From Phoronis australis (Eukaryota > Animalia > Phoronida): a DNA stretch of 64,000 nt. The stretch covers positions 63,774 through 127,773 of the forward strand of contig NMRA01000835.1 in NCBI GenBank assembly GCA_002633005.1, read 5' to 3'. A program made the position numbers and the translations under genes. The notes under the pieces are model-generated. The model saw nothing but the letters and a program-made list of their open reading frames with translations. It had not been told where the DNA came from and searched no databases. How positions within the stretch are numbered: position 1 is the first letter of the stretch; every line of letters starts with the position of its first letter. This document shows, in pieces, positions 1 through 13,900 of the stretch.

Positions 1-219
1 GAGTGATGGTGAAAAAACAGAAGCTGCTGGTAAGATGTCAATTTTAATATAAGCTTTAGTGAATCACTCAGAAACTCATGATTTGCAGCGCAAACGAACT
101 ACGCATTGCGCATGTGCGAGTTACTTCCTGCGCGAAGGCTCATGGGATAGCTTGTGGTCGGGCATGTCTTGAGCAGGCTGGATAGTGTGTGCATTTGGAG
201 TGATTTGCAAACTAAAAAC

Positions 220-610
220 CATGTTTCATTTTTTTGCTTTATAATACCAAGCAAGTCCTCTCTCTCGTTTGTAAACACAGCGTAGCTATGATCAGTGACC
301 GTGTGACCGAGGGCACGACTGTCGTCATGTTCAGTATTGGGCCTATCGGCGTTGATTTCGAAATCTCCTCCGATTTCATAGTTCTTGGGTTGCTTAACTT
401 TTGTAGCTTTCGCCGTGGATGTGCTAGAGACGTTAATTTTAAGAGGAAACTCCGTCGGAATGTTGTTCTCATACGTCTTTTTTCCACCAGGAAAATGTTC
501 GCTGCACACACGATGGCCCCTAGGCAATTACATCGCACTGGATGCCGCAGGCATTGGGGCGATAGTACATCCTCACAAAAAGTTACTCATTTCAAAATAC
601 AGCAAATAAA
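220..610 (-). pseudogene. Decayed THAP-domain protein/transposase fragment (P/Harbinger-like)
   Basis: Minus strand encodes HRVCSEHF..(N)IPTEFP (THAP C-terminal C/H and AVPTIF-like box) and DHSY (HCF-1-binding motif, 282-293), followed by a coiled-coil-like EREDLLGIIKQKNE. The N-terminal ICCILK(C)SN is frameshifted and stopped. Confidence 0.7.
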
Positions 611-1004
611 ATCAAATGAACCATACATATAGGAACACGGATTTATAATTAACACATACCACGACTCTGGATACAATTTAGTCAGCAAAGCTTCAAGTGA
701 ACAAATCGATGAAAATCTGTCGCGTTTGCTCGAGTTTGTCTCAGTTACCGGGTGCCATTTTGAGGAAGTTACGTGAAATTACGCATGTTGACGAATAAAA
801 AGTCTAAGGGACACACAGATAGATAGGATGGATAGGGTATTAGACAAGGCAAATGAATCCGAACTAAGCCGGTGAAGAGCCAGATAGAATAAACAATGAA
901 CATGTGTAGACAGGTCGTTATAACACACACCGTGATTTTATTGTCCGTTTTTATCCATGTTTAGTTATAACTCGTTCGCTGTGCAAAAGTTATCAAATAA
1001 ACAT

Positions 1005-1128
1005 AGTGGTGAGAGCACTTGACCGGCAATCCAGAGACCTGTGGTTCGACTCCCAATTGGGGTTCCTGATTTTTCTGTGTTTATTTGATATATTTCACTG
1101 CTGGCCAACCTCATCGTATATATATTTA
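1005..1128 (+). mobile_element. tRNA-derived SINE, 5'-truncated copy (family S1)
   Basis: B-box GGTTCGACTCC; near-identical to 10791-10931 through the tail ...ctggccaac...atatatttac. Confidence 0.75.
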
Positions 1129-1938
1129 CAACAAAAATTATCATTTATAGTTCATTTAGGCCAAAACCAAATGTTTTTGTTCATCGGGTAGAAGATAAAT
1201 GTGACTTACACGGTGTACTTACTCATGTACAATAGGTTTCTTGAGATACTTCTTATGCCGCGAGCACTTTCCAGAGAGCGAATTTTCATTCGGTGTTTAT
1301 TTTGGCACGACTGTGCTTCATTTTAGATCAATTTCGGCAGTTATCTCGAACATCTAATCTAAGTAACACTAAAATCACTTTATGCCTTAAATTTTCATTG
1401 ATTTTTTATTTTTATTTTTATTTTTATTGCCTTCGAGAACAGCGACAGGCTAAGATATCAAGAAAAATGAGATAGTGGAAAATTTAAAAACGACATAAAA
1501 TAACAAATGAATCAAAACTTTTTTCCTTCTATTAAACAAACCTTTGAGGTGGACCACTTGCCGCTATCAAACTGGTCTCAAATTTATCCTTAGTCAAATT
1601 AACGGTGACTTCTGGGATTCGAACGAACTTCGCTATTGCTGGAGACCATGCTCTACAAGCTGGCTCGTCACGATCGGTCATCTTATGCGCCTAGCATGGT
1701 CTCAAGGAAAAACCAATTGCCAGTTATTTGCAAGTCCTAAATACATTTCTCATCTGAATATTCTACAGCCGTTAGTGGTCTACATCAAAATTTTGTTCCT
1801 CATAAGACGGAACGCGGGTATGTGGCCGCTTTTTTAATCTTGGATTGCGAGTCCAATTCTTACGAGGCCGTTCAGAAAGTGAAAGAAACCACACGTTTAT
1901 TCGACACCCTTTATTCTACAGGTGCGCTTTCAACCAAC

Positions 1939-2345
1939 CTGAGCCCGGTCTCTAATCTTTGTACTCGAAACGAACCCGAAACTATTTTTGGCAATTTCTC
2001 TGCTCCTTTTGTGCTAACTTAAGATAATTGGTTATCAGACTGCGCTCGAATACATTATAGTTTATGCATAGGAGTTTCTAGTTCAAGTTTGCCCTTGAAG
2101 ACCCTTATATTCGTGCTACAAACTCGAGTAAAAACTCGAAATTTCGAGTTCATACTCGAACTTATTGCTTTAATATTGGGTTTACAAACTGTGAACTAAG
2201 GGCAATAAATTATCTACGTAAGTTATTGTGTACTCGAGCATAGAATAATAGACACTTATCTTGAGTTCGCCCAAAAGTAGAGTAGAAAATGCCAAACCTA
2301 ATTTCGAGTTCCATTTTGAGTAAAAAGATTGGAGACCGGGCCCTG
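1939..2345. mobile_element. MITE with ~40-bp imperfect TIRs (PIF/Harbinger-like GGCCC ends)
   Basis: Left ctgagcccggtctctaatctttgtactcgaaacgaacccgaaa is inverted with right tttcgagttccattttgagtaaaaagattggagaccgggccctg; internal actcga(a/g) subrepeats. Confidence 0.7.
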
Positions 2346-2357
2346 ATCTAGAGCACA

Positions 2358-2645
2358 TTGAACCAAAGGCATAATAAAACATCTCTTTTGTCCACAATCC
2401 AGAGTCGTAAATTGAACTTTTTTGGGCACACGGAAAGACACGACAACATACAGAAATACATACTATACTGTAACGTGGAAGTGAAAAGAGCAAGAAGACG
2501 ACAACGATTAGTGTGGAGGGATGACATCAAGACATGGACAAGATCAACGATGACAGAATGCACCAGACTGGCAAACAACAGAGAGAGATAGACGTCCACT
2601 TCACGTCGACATCAAAAGAGATGACACCCTATGATGATGATAATA
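2358..2645 (+). mobile_element. RTE-clade non-LTR retrotransposon 3' fragment
   Basis: RKLNFFGHTERH..KYIL..VEVKRARRRQRLVWRDDIKTW matches the RTE ORF C-terminus (RKL.FFGH.....G.R.RGR.R..W.D.IK.W); ends in a (tga)n/(taa)n microsatellite tail. Confidence 0.75.
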
Positions 2646-4305
2646 AAACATGTTCTACAAAATCTCTGCAACCTCTTTATTCAAAGACATTTGTACTAAC
2701 ACACTTTGTACGGGTATAACAAGCGCTGGCATTGAGTAAATAAATTAAACGTGAATATAGTCTGACCATAAGCACCAGGCAAAAATCATAACAGATCTAA
2801 CACTATCACCTTGTCACAAATTTTGTGAACTACTTAGATTTCCCAATGCACATTCTAGAAAATATAGAAGCTACATCCCTGACAATGGTGGTCCCTTTTG
2901 AGTTCATAATTTCATAAAAAATATGGTACATGAGACCTAACACAATTCAACGAAAATAATACTGCACAGCAGATCTATCAAATAAACCCAACAAGATTCA
3001 ACAATTTAACCTTTCAAGTTCCACCAGGGATCTGATCCCCTGAGGAACTCTAGCAAAGATTGGAGATCCTTTTTATTTTTCCCCCATGTCTGCAATATCT
3101 ACTAACTGAATCCCAAAAGGCAGATTCAAATAAAAATGTTCAAAAATTTTTGCTAACTAGACTAAACAATACAAAACATGTATTTGAATCAACAATAACA
3201 ACCTGTATCCAATTAGTATGATAACAACGAATATACAACAATCCATTGAAAACTGCAACAAGTAAATAACGAGAGAAAAACGTTTTTATTTTTGTGATCA
3301 AACCTATTAACTTATCCAAAATTGCTTATCTATTTCATTCTTAGGTACAACTGTAAACCCCTATTAAAGTCCCACTCAAAACTAATTAGGTCAATCTGAA
3401 GTCCCAAACTTCAACCAAAAATAAACCAAGTTAGCGGTGGTGACTCTTTCCCTTGAAGTTATCAGTAAACTTCATTCAGTTCGTGTTCTCATTAGGTCTC
3501 CTTAGGAATATTACCAAACAATATTAAAATGCCATACCAAAGAATTACACCCCAAAACAAACCTAAACAATGAACACATATGGCACTGTTTGGGACTTTA
3601 AATGAGTAAAACTATCTGCAAGAGCCACACAAAACACAAGCAAATGACAAACATATTACACCCGAAAAGGTTCCACAGATAGCCATGCAGGTTACCCCAG
3701 ACTCCAAGTGAACTTTTTAACTCAGAGTTAACGGACTTAAGTTTAAGTTCTTTCATTTTTCAAGGAAAATTCTTTTGGACTGTCTGTATGCAAAAGACCA
3801 CACATAAGCTATACTGCACATTTTCGAAGAATGGCCAACAAGAAAGAGGACTTTTTTGGAAACAAGATTGAAAAAATGCCCCCTTCGCTGCTCTTTCTGG
3901 ATTATTTTCCCCAGGGCATCTATACAGAAAAGCTGTGTAAGATACCAGTCCTGTAAACAAAGTGAACCCTAGCAGACATTCCAAGTCCATGATCAACCAA
4001 CGTGCAGTGGTCTGCAATACCATTGCCCTTGTACTTGAGCATATTAGCTAGTCATCCAGAGCGAACTTCATGAAGTAAAGTATCTATTTTGTCCTTAAAA
4101 CGCCATACATTGTATGTCAGCCAGAATTATGACTTTGGTAAACAGCATGGTGTAAGAAATATCCTCGGACCATAATTACCTTTTTATGCACAGTCTGTGA
4201 AATTGTCCAAACAACGTATTTTTGCAGCAAGTTCTACTGTGTATTTACTAGAGATGTGTGTGAAAAGTGAAGTTTCATTGAAAACATTTTGTCACCTGAC
4301 TTATG

Positions 4306-4380
4306 TGCAGCATTGTGGCCTGATGGATTGAGTTTCTGCCTCATGTTCACAAGATCTTAGGTCTGAATCCCACTGGCACC
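4306..4380 (+). mobile_element. Degenerate tRNA-derived SINE head
   Basis: A-box-like tggcctgatgg and B-box-like ggtctgaatccc at tRNA spacing; no intact cloverleaf. Confidence 0.35.
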
Positions 4381-4708
4381 CATTGCTAGACTTGCGTCAG
4401 GTCTCTAGCTCCTCCGCTATATTAAAAAACATGAAAATGGTTTCAAGTGTTTGCAACACCCGGCTGAACAGTCTGCATACCTCTGACGCAATCTGTATCA
4501 GACCACCCGCATTATTGTTTGCTTTTATGTGCACCTCATCTTGTCTCAGTTAAAGTGTAACATACAAGTGTCTAACTCACTGATATATCAACAGATGCCA
4601 GCAAGCTACCAATATGGATATTTGAGTGGCTGAGGCATGTCCAAAATGCAAAAAGTACATTCATACAGGTATGTGCATTTAAACAATCAAATGCCGTAAT
4701 AAGAGATT

Positions 4709-4927
4709 CTATCTTTGTTCCGCTGAGCCACCATAGTTTTCACCTTCTTCAGGATGGCGACGACAGCAACAGTGGCCAACAGGCGTCTTAGCATCCCATT
4801 TTTCTACTTCCTCTATTGTCTCTGGCATCGCCTTGTCACCCGTCTCCGGCATCAACATCATGAGCACACCAGCCAAGATGGCTGCCACACCGAACAGAGT
4901 TCGCGGTAACTGAGGAATCCATCTAGC
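4709..4927 (-). CDS. SLC22 transporter last coding exon (exon 10)
   Basis: Acceptor ttcctccag|GCT; ARWIPQLPRTLFG...MPETGDKAMPETIEEVE...; TAG stop. Confidence 0.9.
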   Translation of the reverse strand, partial: ARWIPQLPRTLFGVAAILAGVLMMLMPETGDKAMPETIEEVEKWDAKTPVGHCCCRRHPEEGENYGGSAEQR

Positions 4928-7900
4928 CTGGAGGAAGATGCAAGAAATATCCCCAGCGTAGAATTTACTTTGAACATCAACAAAGTCGGCCACTGACTAG
5001 TGAACAGCACCTCAAATTTCAGAGGCTAAATAAAGCTTGCAGTTGGCATCTCTAAATGTTACCGTGCACAAGCAGTGGTGAAAGATATCAACATCTCACC
5101 TTGGAAAAAGGAGCTTCTGAATGGATCAACCTTATTTACTGACTTCACTAATACAAAATGATAGAGCAACTTTTTGTTTTGGCTACATGCCAAGATCCTT
5201 TCTCCCACAAATGATGCAGTGCTGGATGCGATATATCCAATGCCGCCAAAATTCCATGACTTGCACAACATTAAAAAAGGTGTGTAACCGTTGTACGTTA
5301 TCCTACCTTGTACAGAATGAATGGTGCCGCCATGCCACCGAGGGTATCCCAGAAAGAAGCTATGCCATAAGCAGTGTTCCTGAAAAACAATGTCATGCAA
5401 CAGTGTTAGTAAGGAAACCCTTGTTTGAAACAGTATTACAGTTGACATTCATTACCTTCATCACGCCTGTGCACATGCAAGCCTATGCACCGAATTTTAA
5501 TAATGCATTTTGCACATGGATGCATGCGACATGTTTCAGTTTTAGGTGTAGGCAGGTTTCTCTTGCCCTGGCATAAGTCCTGGTGGATGCTTTGTCATCT
5601 GTACATATGTTTTTATAACATTATTTGCACTTTTTCGATTAATTGCTTGAAAACCTGTCAACTTCACTGAAATAGATAACCCATCCTTCTCTCATTAAAC
5701 CAATTCCCTAGGACACGTTCCATGAAAAGTGACTAAAGAATGTTAAAACCAAAATTCAGGTTAACTTTAGACAAAAAAAGAAAATTCAAAAAGACCGTTT
5801 CTATGAACACAAGGTTGGTTTTCAGTCTTCAATCTAAACCTGGACCAAAATCAAATCAGATTTTTCCATCAAAGAGCATACTTATTATGCCGTCATGACC
5901 TGTTGTGATAGTACAAAGTTAACCACGGCAATGTGTACAAGAGCAACGTGGAGCATCGAAATGCACTCACGAATGCACCACAAACAGTGTGCTTCTATTT
6001 TTTTTTATTTGCATCATGAAAATGGCCACTAGATGGTGCAAAAAATCTAATCTATCTGAAAATGGGAACATGTCATCCCTTCTTTAATAGAAAGCTATCT
6101 ACCAAATTTCATAAAAATCTGTAAAACTTCAGAGAAACAGGAAAACACAAAAAAAAGAAATTGCCACTAGGGGGCACAGCGTTCATCAGATCTGTCTGAA
6201 AGTTGTCATTGTCGTTGTCACATTCATATAAATAAACTTGACTAGCAAAATTTAATAACAAATCCTGCAGTGGATTTAGGAGATACAGCTATGGATGCAA
6301 AAAAAAACTGTCACTAGGAGGCGCCACAGTAGTTGAAGTCATCAGAAAATGATCATAAACTGTCGTATTTAGACTAAGAATACATATCCCAATTCTCACA
6401 ATCATCCTTTGAGTGGTTTGGTTGATAGCGGGAGGTCGCCAAAAACAGACTAGAAAAACAGTAAAAAAGGCACAAAATACATTGAATCCATCTGAGAACA
6501 GGAACATGTCATCGTTTTTTTAATAGAAAGCTATTCATTAAATTTCATAAAAATCCATCAAGAAACTTCAGAGAAACAGAAGAAAATGGAAAAAATAAAA
6601 TTGCCACTAGGGGACCCAGAGTTAGTCGAATTCATATGAAAATCGTTGTCCATTGTCAACTTCATATAAATACACATGCTAAATTAAATAAAGATCCTGC
6701 AGGGGTTTGGAGATACCACTACCAGGTGCCGCAGTTGCCGTCACCGTAAAGTCATTCACTTCACACTAAAAACAACATGTATGTCAATCTTCACAATCAT
6801 CCTTAGAGTGGTTTAGTTGAGATAGAGGCAGACACCAAAAACAGACTTGAAAACAGTAAAAATGGCCACTAGATGGCGCAAAATACCTTGAAACCATCCG
6901 AGAACAGGAGGATAGTGTCACATCACTAATAGATGCCTTAGTGCCAAATTCCATGAAAATCCGTAGAGCATCTTTGAGGATACAAAGATAAACGTAATAA
7001 ACTAAAATTGCCACTAGGGGGCACACAGGTAGTTGGATCCATCCAAAATTCGTCGTCATCTTTTGCCAGCTTCATAGCAACACACCTGCCAAATCTCATC
7101 AAAATCTTTTGAGGGGTTTAGGAGAAACAGCTGCAAACGCTGGACAGACAGAGATGTTGGCAATATGCACCCACATATAAATAAAAATTATGTGGGCGCT
7201 TAAATATCTGGTTTCAAGAATAATATCACGGTCATGAAAGTCTAATGGGGATTTTTTACAACATTTGGTGCCGTAATTACAGCTGCTCACTTGAAAAGAT
7301 GACAGTATGACTGGAAAATACGAGACCGGATGTAGAGTTGGTACATTGCCAGATGAAATGAATTCAAGATAGAACATCGCAGTGGTATTCCCATCTATGT
7401 ATTTCACGCCACTTATTAAGTGACAAGATTATCTGTGACAGTGTTGAAAAACTAATAAAATTTTATTTCAAATAATTAGCGTATAAGAATTTTCAGTTTG
7501 TCAAATATACAAGTTCGAACATTGAACCATTCATTAGCAATAAATGTTAGAAACAATCCATCCGGAAAAATAAAAACTGAAACATTAACTGCTGGGCAGT
7601 TTTCTTTGTCTACTATTGTATCTTAACTTATGGAAAGCAAACAGTTTCCCACAGCACTGGAAAACAATGCTGGAAACTGTGCTGATTTGTACAACTGTTA
7701 GGACTGTATTGCAAAACTGATTTTATGCTAACAGCAAGGGCGAATCGAGGATTGCTGCGATCAGACGTTTGTGTCAGTAAAAACACATACACATACACTG
7801 CATGCATCATAACGAAATGTTTTGTTTGACTTTGAATTAGATTTTTGGGTAATTATGTAGAAAACAATGTTTAGTCGTCGATTTATTTATGATGACCCAG

Positions 7901-10900
7901 ATGAAACTAGCGAGGCCTTCAAATAGCCGCCTGCGTTGGAATTTTCATCGATAAATCTTTGGTGTTTTTAGAGCAGCTAGTAAAACTGCTTTTTCAGGAA
8001 CGACAACTTGAACCAATGTTTTAGGAAACCAAACGAACTAGTCAAATCAAATATGGCATTGCATACGCCAATTTACTTCACAAGGAAAATGCACAACAAC
8101 CATGAAATACGGCTTGTACTGTGTATACAGATAGGCTCTAATTTCCTGTATTTCACGGCATGTTTCACGGTTTATTGAATGCCTGTATTAACACATATAT
8201 GGGATAAAATTGTTGCATCACAGTAATTTATCAGAAACAAAGATTAGAGAAGTAATCTATTAGTCTCCCTGACACGTGTGTGTAAGTGATGGCCCCATAA
8301 CATCTCTTTCTCAGGCTGAATGTAGTGCGCATGTCACATTTGAGATACGTGTCAATGAATGCACTCTCTAACGACCATAATGCGGGAAGTGAACTACTTG
8401 ATGCACAACTTTTAGTGTGCAATATGAGTAAGATAATAAAATGCTGGCAGATTATTTTGCTAGTGTGTGATAGTACTCGTGAATTTCCAAGCAAAACCCC
8501 ACTCTGTTGCACTTGACGACATCTTGCGTAATCTTCCTACAGTTGCAGGAGACTAGCCCCACTAAACACTCCCCAGTTACCGGACTGTATTGTTATGATT
8601 CACCTGATGTTTGTTGGGTAGATTTCCGCCGAATATAGCAATAGTGAACAAAATGAACCTGTGATGCCAAACTTTCCAATCATGGCCAGCAAGGTGACCA
8701 ACCAGGACAGATCATAACCGGAGTCTGAAAGGGAAATAGGTCGTGAACCACAGAATGCTAAAATAAGATCTTGTACACACACAAAACCTACCGAGAGTTG
8801 CAAAGATGAAGCAAAATCCCAGGAGACATTATTCCAGATATCGGCGGAGACCGAATGTCAAAGGTAAATACGCGGAATGTCGAGTGGGATATTACTTCAT
8901 CTACGCCAATCAAGATACCGTAATCGTTCGGGTTAACGCCCTGGGCGGTTAAATTGGCAAACCCAAAAAATCGGGGGTGGGCGGTTAACCAGACATGGGC
9001 GCTTAAACGTGAAATTTCAAGAAATCGGGGGGGGGGGNNNNNNNNNNNNNNNNNNNNNNNNNNNNNNNNNNNNNNNNNNNNNNNNNNNNNNNNNNNNNNN
9101 NNNNNNNNNNNNNNNNNNNNNNNNNNNNNNNNNNNNNNNNNNNNNNNNNNNNNNNNNNNNNNNNNNNNNNNNNNNNNNNNNNNNNNNNNNNNNNNNNNNN
9201 NNNNNNNNNNNNNNNNNNNNNNNNNNNNNNNNNNNNNNNNNNNNNNNNNNNNNNNNNNNNNNNNNNNNNNNNNNNNNNNNNNNNNNNNNNNNNNNNNNNN
9301 NNNNNNNNNNNNNNNNNNNNNNNNNNNNNNNNNNNNNNNNNNNNNNNNNNNNNNNNNNNNNNNNNNNNNNNNNNNNNNNNNNNNNNNNNNNNNNNNNNNN
9401 NNNNNNNNNNNNNNNNNNNNNNNNNNNNNNNNNNNNNNNNNNNNNNNNNNNNNNNNNNNNNNNNNNNNNNNNNNNNNNNNNNNNNNNNNNNNNNNNNNNN
9501 NNNNNNNNNNNNNNNNNNNNNNNNNNNNNNNNNNNNNNNNNNNNNNNNNNNNNNNNNNNNNNNNNNNNNNNNNNNNNNNNNNNNNNNNNNNNNNNNNNNN
9601 NNNNNNNNNNNNNNNNNNNNNNNNNNNNNNNNNNNNNNNNNNNNNNNNNNNNNNNNNNNNNNNNNNNNNNNNNNNNNNNNNNNNNNNNNNNNNNNNNTGT
9701 AGACGCCAGCGCGGTTCCTAAAGTTTGCGAACATGAGAAGAAAAGAAAGTGACAAAGTGTTCAAGTATTACATTTTGAAGTTAATCGATGACCCGTTACA
9801 ATAATTTGTTACTGGTATCATAATTCACATTGCTAAACCGCGGTCTCTGAGGCCGTCGTTGCACTCAATGTTATCATCGATCTTAATCTAAAAGGTCGGG
9901 GATTCGCGTTTCCTATTAGCACAGGGCGGTAATCACCAATCGTCAAAAGTAGGGGATGGGCGCTTAACCGAGAGGTGGGCGCTTAATTGGAAATCTTCAA
10001 AAATAGCAGGGGGGCGGTTAACCGAGCAGTGGGCGGTTAAATCGAAAATCCACCTAAAGTAGGGGTGGGCGGTTAACTGAGCATGGGCGTTAACCCGAAC
10101 GATTACGGTACATTTTGTATTTATCCCACATTTTGAATTCATAGAACAGGATGAAACCACAAACAACACGACAAATGCCTAAGATTAACAAAGAGTCTTA
10201 AACTAACTCATAATTAGATAAATAAGGTTGAAGGCTGTAAGACATATTTAAGTAAGGGATGTATTTTTTAAATTTACCAGTAGTATTTGGAATGAAGACC
10301 GTGACAAAATTGGCTACGCCACTCAGGATCTGGAACACACACATGGGCTTACATCGACCACACCTGTAAGAAGAGCCAATCCATTTTGGTGACATGCTAC
10401 TTCAAAATTCCCAGAAGATTCACCAAACAGGTAGAGAAACTGTTAGGGCACATGTAGAAATGTTTCCTATTCACCACGGCCAAAGTAGATAGATGGAAAA
10501 AGACTTATTTAATGACCTTTGTTCAAACTCATAAATAAAAAACTAGCTATGCCAACTAGTAAAAGTATATATAAAAATATGTATTATATTGATGTGTTTT
10601 TAAGAAAAGTACATTAACAGCAAAATAACCCCTTATTAGATTTTAATGAAACCCTAAATGAGAACTTCACAATTTACCTCAAAAATGCTCTTAGGAATTT
10701 TCGATTACTCATTTTAGTTTCATTTCTATGCCAAATTAACTGGGATGTATGACTTAACAGTTGGCTGTGAACAGTAATTGCATAGATATCGGGTCCTCAG
10801 TAGCTCAGTGGTGAGAGCACTAGACCGGCGATTTAGAGACCTGTGGTTCAATTACCAGTTGGTGTTCCTGATTTTTCTGTGTTCATTTGATATATTTCAT

Positions 10901-13900
10901 TACTGGCCAACTTCAGCATCTATATATTTACTATACCAACTTAACCCGCAAAACATAAGATATATCCTTCTGCTGCATCTGTGGCAGATTGTCACCCACC
11001 TTTACAGCTCAAACATTGTAATTATCCAAATCTGTAGTAGTTTAGTTTGTCTTAGTATATATGACCTTTTATCTCCCCCTCACGTGTTGTTTCACTGCAA
11101 ACTAGGTTCGGTATCGCTTCGCAGTTAGCACATATAAAAGACATATTTTGTAAAAAATAGCAGCCTTACTCCTCTTTCTTTAAGGTACGCAAAAACTAAG
11201 AATTTAAAACGAAAAACCTAACAGCATTTTTGAGATTATGAACAAACAGAGCCATTTTCGAGAACTCGTGTTCACTTCCTAATTTCAAATTAAATCGATT
11301 CGCTGAAGCCAAGAAAAAGCGGAATACCTCACAAGTCTTCAAATTCTGACGGTTACCGCTTAATTATTCGGTGAAAACTTATTTTTGGCCAATATAACAA
11401 AAACATGCCTTAACCATGTTCGTTACTTCAACATTAACTTGCAATGCCAACTGTACAGTGTGTAAGTAACCTGATTATCAATAAAACATTTTAATTTAAT
11501 TTGTGAATGTGTCTCCATTCAAGCTACGTCAAGGTAGGGCCAACTGTTAACCTACTTAAAAGTACGTCATAAGTTCATTGTTGGAAACATCATTTGCCGG
11601 GAGACTGATATGAGCCTAAATGCAAAATGAACAACTGAAATCGAGTTGTAAGCATGAGATCGAAACAGCGAAATGCACAAAATGGAGAAGATTTATCTCA
11701 TTTCACAACTTGTTGTTTTCCTGAACACAAAGTCACAGAGGCCTGTGGTGACTAGGACTCAGTGCATTCGCTCTCAAAAGTCGTATGCATGAACAAGGTT
11801 TGAAATATCCTTAAAGTGTCCTAAATTATTGTGAAGCAAAAAGCCTTGACTGATCTTGTTGCAGTGAGAAGTTATAGTCAACACAGGACAACTTGACAAA
11901 GGGGATTTTTTTCTGAATGTTTAAAATCTAAACATTGCATAATACATTAATTTACAAAGGAAATTTTTGTTATGATTTATCATAAAAGATGTTTCTATGA
12001 ATTCAATATGAATGGTATGATATATTACAAATTGTTGACAGGAATTCATATTAATGGTTGATACGATTTTTCATGCAAGGTTTATCATCAATTGTCATAA
12101 ATTATGTTTTTTTAGCAATGAATAATTTGAAATAGGCTTTCCATGAATTATGGTATGAATGATGATCACTAATCTTGCAATCAACCTGGTGATCATTAAT
12201 CATCAGGTGATATGTGTTCATGTCATCCAAAATGGGAGTAAGCTCCAGCTACAATATGTATCTTAGTCATCCTGCACACAGAATCCAATCAGTGTTTAGG
12301 GAACTTTGTCTCAGATAATCAATAATCAATGGAAAAACCATACTGGTTAAACTGTGCAATTTCTGCTAAACATTAATTAAAATTTCCACAAGGAATTCTT
12401 CCATATTTATACAGAACATGCATTTTTCCATGACCACTTCACTCTCAAACAGTGCAAAAAGGACGATACTTCTGTAGACTAGAGCTCATTTAGTATATTT
12501 TCATAAACTGTATTGACTTCATTTAGCTTCAATAAGAATGTCCATTAAAATGAAATATATGAAACAATCTTTCATGTATTTTTGATTTGAAAAATGCAAT
12601 AAAGCATTAAATTCTCTCAATTCGCATCATCACTTTTATGATGTCAAAACCATATGCCAACAAAATCCTTGAATGTCTGTTTTACTCCAATTTCTCATAA
12701 AGATACGAACCCATCCAACATAAACATAACTATGACGTAAGCGGGAAGCTCGACGGCTCCACTCAGAAAGAAGTTGACATATTTGTTCCCAGCTAGGTCA
12801 GATGTACTTAGCGAGATGCCGTAATAGGCCAGGCTGTTCACCATCCTGGAAAAACAAAAACATGCAAATGAAGAATTTCTACAACTTTTAACAAGCCACG
12901 TAAAGTACAGGCTTCTGCCAAAAGAGTGCAAAGCAGGTTTTACATTTTCTCTCTCACAGATTGCTTTTTGTTTTCAAGAAAACTTTTTTATCAGGTTCAA
13001 TAGAAGGCCAAAAAACAAATTTGGTTCTGGTCTTTAACTCAACTCATTTTGAGACCTGCGCTAGACTAAAAAACAAAAAACTTCAGCCTGTATCAATTTC
13101 AGCCAAGTTTTTTTTAAAACTGTACAAAGGCACGTAAAAAAGAGTAAGCAAGGTTTGAAACACTATAACTTTCCAAGCAATGAGTAAGAGAAAAAAATCT
13201 TGCATCGTTTTGCTGGTCTCAGGTGGATTTCTTTTTCAAAGAAGTGAGCAACTAAGAAAAATACCGTGCCAATGACACAGTTTTCAAAAAAGGAAACAGA
13301 CCAGAACCAATTGTACATTTTTGGCCTTATTTGAAACATTTGAGTTTTAACAGACTTCACTCAGGTCAACATTCCTGCACCACTAATATCAGAGGTCATT
13401 TATGCAAAATAAATTCTGTATTCAGGTTGACAAAGGAACCTACGTTGCCACTGTCAACTCAAGTGTGAATCCAGGACCTTGGCTGTCAGTAAACAAACAT
13501 AGAGAATGCTAAGAATACCGCCACAACAATGCTGTAAAATGACTAAACTCTAAGCCCCTTCCAGCTATGCCTGATGATCCTTAGGAGACCCACTAAAGTC
13601 CTTGGGTTGAGAACGCAGTATAGCCCAACGACAATAGATAACACAATTCACTGTACTCTACCATAGCCTGCTACAAATATCAATTCAAAATAATGTCACA
13701 GTGCCGCTACACATGGTTACAACTTACCACAAATAGTAAATAATAAGCGTATACTTCATCATGGTCTTGGACTTGACCATCTGTGCAAGATTTTTGAACT
13801 GGCTGGCACCTTCAGTCACCAAGTGATGGTTGCTAACAGTTTTGATCCCAACCAAATCAAAAGGACCTTTCTTTTGACTAGAACATTCAATAGAACTTTC

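Noticed and set aside
1-36. Possible exon end with donor (gctg|gtaaga) on +
   Set aside because: Only 29 nt are visible and no downstream partner exon was found.
5059-5670. 129-151-aa ORFs overlapping SLC22 exon 9
   Set aside because: Off-frame or antisense to the true exon; no motifs.
8954-9764. Three ~250-aa ORFs
   Set aside because: Artefacts of the N gap.
10791-10868. tRNA gene
   Set aside because: T-arm and B-box are degenerate, and a non-tRNA tail is shared with 1005-1128, so this is a SINE.
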